Notes under the pieces: generated by a model
What the model was told of the DNA's origin: nothing
Databases searched by the model: none
What the model saw: the letters and a program-made list of their open reading frames with translations, nothing else
Shown: positions 58,493 through 64,000 of the stretch, one piece after another
Layout: every line of letters starts with the position of its first letter
Numbering within the stretch: the first letter of the stretch is position 1
From: a virus
Taxonomy: Duplodnaviria > Heunggongvirae > Uroviricota > Caudoviricetes
Length of the DNA: 64,000 bases
IMG/VR virus record: IMGVR_UViG_2529293038_000017
Coordinates: 1 to 64,000 of that record
Strand: one strand, 5' to 3'
Program-made: the position numbers and the translations under genes

Positions 58493-60507
58493 AAGAGCTG
58501 TGCTATGGATCTGTTTGCAGTGGAATTGAAGCCGCGAGTATTGCCTGGGAACCGTTGGGTATGCGTCCGGCGTGGTTTGCTGAAATCGAGCCTTTTCCAT
58601 CTGCCGTTCTTGCGCACCGCTGGCCCCATGTCGCCAACCTTGGCGACATGACAAAACTTGCCAAAAAAGTCCTGGCTGGGGAAATCGAATCCCCTGATGT
58701 GCTCGTCGGGGGTACGCCTTGTCAGGCATTCAGTATCGCGGGCTTACGTGGTGGGCTTGATGATGAACGCGGCGCGCTAACTTTGAAGTATGTGGAGCTT
58801 GCAAATGCAATTGACGACAAACGGTCTGAGTCCTTCCTCAAACCGACAGTTATCGTCTGGGAAAATGTCCCAGGAGTCCTGTCATCGGCAGATAACGCCT
58901 TCGGATGTTTCCTTGCCGGATTGGCTGGAGAAGATGCGCCATTTGAACCAGGTGATCGACCTGAATCAGGAAAAAGTAACGCGTTCTGGCGGTGGGATGG
59001 CAAAACCGGTTGCCATGCTCCAAAGTGGCCGCAGTGTGGTTGTATTTATGGACCGCAGCGAAAGGTGGCCTGGAGAATCCTTGATGCCCAATACTTCGGA
59101 GTGGCACAACGACGCCGACGCGTGTTTGTTGTCGCAAGTGCTCGAACAGACCTCGATCCCGCAACGGTACTTTTTGAGTTCGAAGGCGTGCGCCGGAATA
59201 TTGCGCCGAGCAGAGGCGAGGGGAAGGAAACTACCAGATATACTTCAAACATCGCTATCAGATCTTGCGATGATACAAACATAGTTGCCATGGCACATGG
59301 GCAAGGAGGGGCTGAGATAAAAACCGATAATTCGGCACCAACTTTGACATGTAACCATGAAGCACCAATTGTATTGCTCGTCGACGGTAGAATGCGCCGT
59401 CTTATCCCTGTCGAATGTGAAAGGCTGCAAGGTTTTCCTGATGGACATACATTGATCCCTACGGAAAAGCGTAAAAAAGTTTCTTCAGATGAACTGGCAT
59501 ACCTTCGCAAAAACTATCCTGATTTGAGCGAAGAAGAGGCCGCGATGCTTGCAGCTGACGGACCGCGTTACAAAGCGATCGGCAATAGTATGGCGATACC
59601 AGTAATGCGCTGGATTGGCGATCGGATTGCCAAGGCTGCATGTCGGCAGAAGGAAGGGAGTGAAACAAAAGAGCGAAAAGTTAAACCAGCGGCAGAATTC
59701 GAACGGTCCATATTCAAATGGGCTGGTGGAAAATTTGGTGTTCTGGAACAAATCTTTCGCTATTTGCCAGAAGGGAAGCGCCTGATTGAGCCTTTCGTTG
59801 GTGGCGGAGCTGTCTTCATGAATGCCGGATACCAGGAAAATCTGCTAAATGATGTGAATGCTGACCTGATTAACTTTTACAAGACTCTGCAACGCGAGGC
59901 GCATTCACTTATCACTCTGGCACATCGTTTCTTCCAGGACTACAACACGCAGGAAGGATACCTGGCAGTACGGAATGCGTTTAACAAACAAGTCTATGAT
60001 GATTTACATCGCGCAGCGGCGTTTTTGTTCCTGAACCGACATTGTTTTAACGGATTGACGCGTTACAACCAAGCCGGTGAGTTCAATGTCGGTTATGGGA
60101 AGTATAAAACTCCGTATTTCCCATTGCAGGAGATGGAAGCCTTCCTTGGTGCGGAAGGGCGTTCTGAGTTTGTATGTGGTGATTTTGCTGCGGTGATTGA
60201 AGCTGCCGGAGAAGGAGATGTCATCTTTTGCGATCCGCCGTATGAACCGCTCCCAAATACAGAGGGATTCACGAACTATTCCGGTCATGACTTTAAGTTT
60301 GAAGAGCAAAAACGCCTGGCGTCTCTGTTGACGGATGCTCATCGCCGAGGTGCAAAGGTTCTCATTACTAACAGTGGCGCGCCAAACATCAGAGAACTTT
60401 ATCAGGACAGTGGCTTCAGAGTGGAACCTCTTTTTGCCAGACGTTCTGTGTCTTGTAAGGGGGACACTCGAGGTGTTGCTCATGACGTTATAGCAATATT
60501 GCTCTAA
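58489..60507 (+). CDS. dmt: Bifunctional DNA methyltransferase Dmt: N-terminal C5-cytosine MTase fused to C-terminal Dam-like N6-adenine MTase (672 aa)
   Basis: GTG start overlapping the hrdC stop. m5C motifs [12 protein letters not shown] and WENVPGV; Dam-like motifs [19 protein letters not shown] and DPPY. Confidence 0.9.
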   Translation: MKELCYGSVCSGIEAASIAWEPLGMRPAWFAEIEPFPSAVLAHRWPHVANLGDMTKLAKKVLAGEIESPDVLVGGTPCQAFSIAGLRGGLDDERGALTLKYVELANAIDDKRSESFLKPTVIVWENVPGVLSSADNAFGCFLAGLAGEDAPFEPGDRPESGKSNAFWRWDGKTGCHAPKWPQCGCIYGPQRKVAWRILDAQYFGVAQRRRRVFVVASARTDLDPATVLFEFEGVRRNIAPSRGEGKETTRYTSNIAIRSCDDTNIVAMAHGQGGAEIKTDNSAPTLTCNHEAPIVLLVDGRMRRLIPVECERLQGFPDGHTLIPTEKRKKVSSDELAYLRKNYPDLSEEEAAMLAADGPRYKAIGNSMAIPVMRWIGDRIAKAACRQKEGSETKERKVKPAAEFERSIFKWAGGKFGVLEQIFRYLPEGKRLIEPFVGGGAVFMNAGYQENLLNDVNADLINFYKTLQREAHSLITLAHRFFQDYNTQEGYLAVRNAFNKQVYDDLHRAAAFLFLNRHCFNGLTRYNQAGEFNVGYGKYKTPYFPLQEMEAFLGAEGRSEFVCGDFAAVIEAAGEGDVIFCDPPYEPLPNTEGFTNYSGHDFKFEEQKRLASLLTDAHRRGAKVLITNSGAPNIRELYQDSGFRVEPLFARRSVSCKGDTRGVAHDVIAILL

Positions 60508-60514
60508 TAAATTT
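60498..60514. promoter_or_regulatory. C1 operator (ATTGCTCTAATAAATTT), Op72-like
   Basis: Perfect 17/17 consensus, overlapping the dmt stop codon. Confidence 0.7.
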
Positions 60515-60691
60515 ATTAGTGTAATATCGCCTCAATGAATCGTGATTTATAGAGCGATTTAGCTGTTAGCCGCGACAGGCGCGGCGGCAAGTATGGCGGG
60601 GTAGTGACTCCTTCCCCCTCATGACGCCGAGTTGCCAGGTTGACCATACGCCTAAGTGGCAACACCGAAGTGCGTTACGAGCTTCCAGTTT

Positions 60692-60717
60692 GCCCATCTT
60701 CGGGTGGGCGTTTTTTT
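60692..60717 (+). terminator. Rho-independent terminator
   Basis: GCCCATC-TTCG-GGTGGGC followed by G and a T7 run. Confidence 0.75.
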
Positions 60718-61182
60718 CAGGGTTTTCGTCATGGTTAGCGACTTTGCGGCGGTTTAGAAACTGACCATTAAAGTAAATGCAAACGATGATCTGATGATGG
60801 TAGCGGCCTAAGAAGCCAGACGCCACGGGGTATGAGTCGTCCCCCGTCAAAAAATCGACCGCAGAGTGTCCCCGTCTGTGTATTAGGGAACGGGGAGGCA
60901 CAACAGGTAAGGGCGCTGGTGTGATTAACCAGATGAACGAGAAGGGGCCATCTGTTGGTCAGCGTCCTTTCCTGTTGCGTCTTCTTTTCAGCGTAACAGC
61001 GGTGCTTAACAGCACTTTGGGTACAGTTCCACGAATTTACGGGTATATCCCGTCATGCTGAAAGCGCTAATCACGCTGGAAGCCAGGGTTATGCATCCCC
61101 TGTTACCGAATTGCAGCCAGGGCGCGGTGCGCCGAAAAGCATACGGAGGTGGAAGCCCTCGCCGGAGACGTACCCGGCAAGT

Positions 61183-61258
61183 GATGGTGTAGCTCAGCGG
61201 TTAGAGCGGTTGACTGTTAATCAACGGGTCGATGGTTCAAATCCATCCACCATCGCCA
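61183..61258 (+). tRNA. tRNA-Asn (anticodon GTT)
   Basis: Manual cloverleaf: acceptor GATGGTG/CACCATC, D-arm GCTC-AGCGGTTA-GAGC, anticodon arm GTTGA-CTGTTAA-TCAAC, T-arm GATGG-TTCAAAT-CCATC, encoded CCA. Confidence 0.9.
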
Positions 61259-61260
61259 AT

Positions 61261-61336
61261 GCCGGTTTAGCTCAGTTGGTAGAGCGCCTGCCTTGTAAGC
61301 AGGATGTCAGCGGTTCGAGTCCGTTAATCGGCACCA
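61261..61336 (+). tRNA. tRNA-Thr (anticodon TGT)
   Basis: Manual cloverleaf: acceptor GCCGGTT/AATCGGC, anticodon arm CCTGC-CTTGTAA-GCAGG, T-arm AGCGG-TTCGAGT-CCGTT, encoded CCA. Confidence 0.9.
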
Positions 61337-61340
61337 GCAC

Positions 61341-61447
61341 AACAGGTAAGGGTATTTTGCGACGTCGGAGATCGCCGAGCTTGGCAGAGGGTTCGAATCC
61401 CTACGAAGTACCCTTACCGTTGTGATGAATGCGCAGGCTGATGCGCG
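61341..61447 (+). repeat. Hairpin module a: tRNA-like pseudo-element with canonical T-arm
   Basis: 10-bp stem GGTAAGGGTA/TACCCTTACC enclosing GGTTCGAATCC, followed by conserved tail GTGATGAATGCGCAGGCTGATGCGC. No full cloverleaf could be folded. Confidence 0.5.
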
Positions 61448-61549
61448 AAAGACATTGCAGCTATTGCGGAAAAGAGCTGTTCGGCGGGGCAATTAAACGC
61501 CCGTGAGAGTCTGAAATAACCGCAAGCCGGAGATCAGCACCGGTCATCA

Positions 61550-61632
61550 CAACACAACAGGTAAGGGCATTCTCCCTTATGGGGCTTGGCTTAAATGCAT
61601 CGAGTGCTCTTACCGTTGTGATGAAGTGCAGC
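61550..61632 (+). repeat. Hairpin module b
   Basis: Stem CAACAGGTAAGGGCATTC / GAGTGCTCTTACCGTTG, then tail TGATGAAGTGCAGC. Confidence 0.5.
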
Positions 61633-61759
61633 TCTTTGAAGCAACCAGAAGATAAGCATCTGGCTTCACAACATAAACCGCAGGAACGACCAATAAACGG
61701 TAGTCCGTATGGAGAACACCCCGTTGAGGAAGAGGCCTGGCCGGAACCGTAACCGGCAC

Positions 61760-61877
61760 TACAACGTTGAGAACACTGGCGTAACGGGGTCATATCCCAA
61801 TCTACGAATAAATGTTGCGTTGCAGCGTGACAACCAGTGTTCTCAACATTGTGGTGAATGCACAGGCTGATGTGCCG
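61760..61877 (+). repeat. Hairpin module c
   Basis: 18-bp stem CAACGTTGAGAACACTGG / CCAGTGTTCTCAACATTG. Tail hairpin GCACA-GGCTGA-TGTGC shows compensatory changes relative to module a. Confidence 0.5.
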
Positions 61878-62035
61878 CAACTACAGTAGTGCGCGCTTTG
61901 CGGGGCTTGCTACAACCCTGTGTCGGAGTTCAGCACCGACCATCACAGTTTGATTCTCTGGCATGAGCATAACGCTGAAATAAGTCCAGCCTGGTGCGGC
62001 CCGATCACCCGCCGTTAGCTCCACGAAACGGAGCA

Positions 62036-62138
62036 CGTAACAGGTAAGAGCATTCTCCTGTAACGGGTTCATATCCCAATCTACAGGTCCACCAAGAATG
62101 CTCTTTCCGTTGCGGTGAATGCGGCTAAGCGCACGCGG
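62036..62138 (+). repeat. Hairpin module d
   Basis: Stem AACAGGTAAGAGCATTC / GAATGCTCTTTCCGTTG enclosing GGGTTCATATCCCAATCTACAGG, then tail GGTGAATGCGGC. Confidence 0.5.
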
Positions 62139-62264
62139 GGAAATGGTTATATCAGTCCATTCATTTCTCCTTGTTTCCCCGTCCACGGTGGATAACCAGC
62201 CAAAGGACACCGGGAGGCACCCGGCACCGCAGCTTTTTTATTCGTTAAATAATGGAGTGAGAGG

Positions 62265-64000
<1,736 letters not shown>

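Noticed and set aside
61337-61420. A third canonical tRNA gene directly after tRNA-Thr
   Set aside because: A clean T-arm (GGTTCGAATCC) and a 10-bp terminal stem are present, but I could not fold a D-arm and anticodon arm of normal size. It is reported as a tRNA-like hairpin module rather than a tRNA.
61111-61425. 104-aa plus-strand ORF
   Set aside because: Overlaps both tRNA genes entirely; spurious.
61337-62140. Integron attC-like sites (imperfect hairpins ending ...AAC / GTT...)
   Set aside because: The boundary heptamers do not fit the RYYYAAC / GTTRRRY cores well, and no integron integrase gene is in the window.
61461-62210. Two minus-strand ORFs (139 and 109 aa) across the hairpin array
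   Set aside because: They span the repeated hairpin modules, are Cys/Arg-rich with no motifs, and have no ribosome-binding sites; most likely chance frames through structured non-coding DNA.

Overview
This window reads as roughly two thirds of a bacteriophage P1-like plasmid-prophage. The call rests on a Cre recombinase ORF (422..1453) that matches P1 Cre as I remember it, and on P1-like gene order throughout. From left to right the window holds cra-cre-ref-mat, lxc-ulx-darB (2255-aa antirestriction protein), portal/protease, SAR-type lysozyme, ssb, the lydA/lydB-hdf-darA-ddrA-ddrB operon, cin with an invertible tail-fibre segment, baseplate and tail genes including a transglycosylase-bearing Sit-like protein, sim-like secreted proteins, the immI region (c4, icd, ant), kilA and repL, tail sheath and major capsid, parS-parB-parA, incA-repA-oriR, the upf/mlp/hrdC block, the dual-domain methyltransferase dmt, and tRNA-Asn plus tRNA-Thr. 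At least eight copies of the 17-bp C1 operator motif ATTGCTCTAATAAATTT sit at plausible promoter positions. Gene names are assigned from memory of the P1 map and from in-sequence motifs; no database search was run. The most interesting departure from P1 is between mat and lxc, where P1 carries the EcoP1I type III res/mod genes: here there is an AT-rich 1.3-kb cassette encoding a SIR2-like protein (GTGFS, TTNYD and HGS motifs) and a 156-aa partner. The SIR2 ORF ends in a perfect A_AAA_AAA slippery heptamer directly before its stop, and the -1 frame reads straight into the partner ORF. I regard this as a candidate undescribed NAD-depleting defence module. Other non-backbone features are a hok/mok (Gef-family) toxin locus that the ORF track missed, a tandem array of covarying hairpin modules around the tRNA genes, an IS21-family (IS100-like) insertion at the right edge, an apparently split sit gene with a 298-bp internal tandem duplication, and a very compact C-segment with a single tail-fibre chaperone gene.
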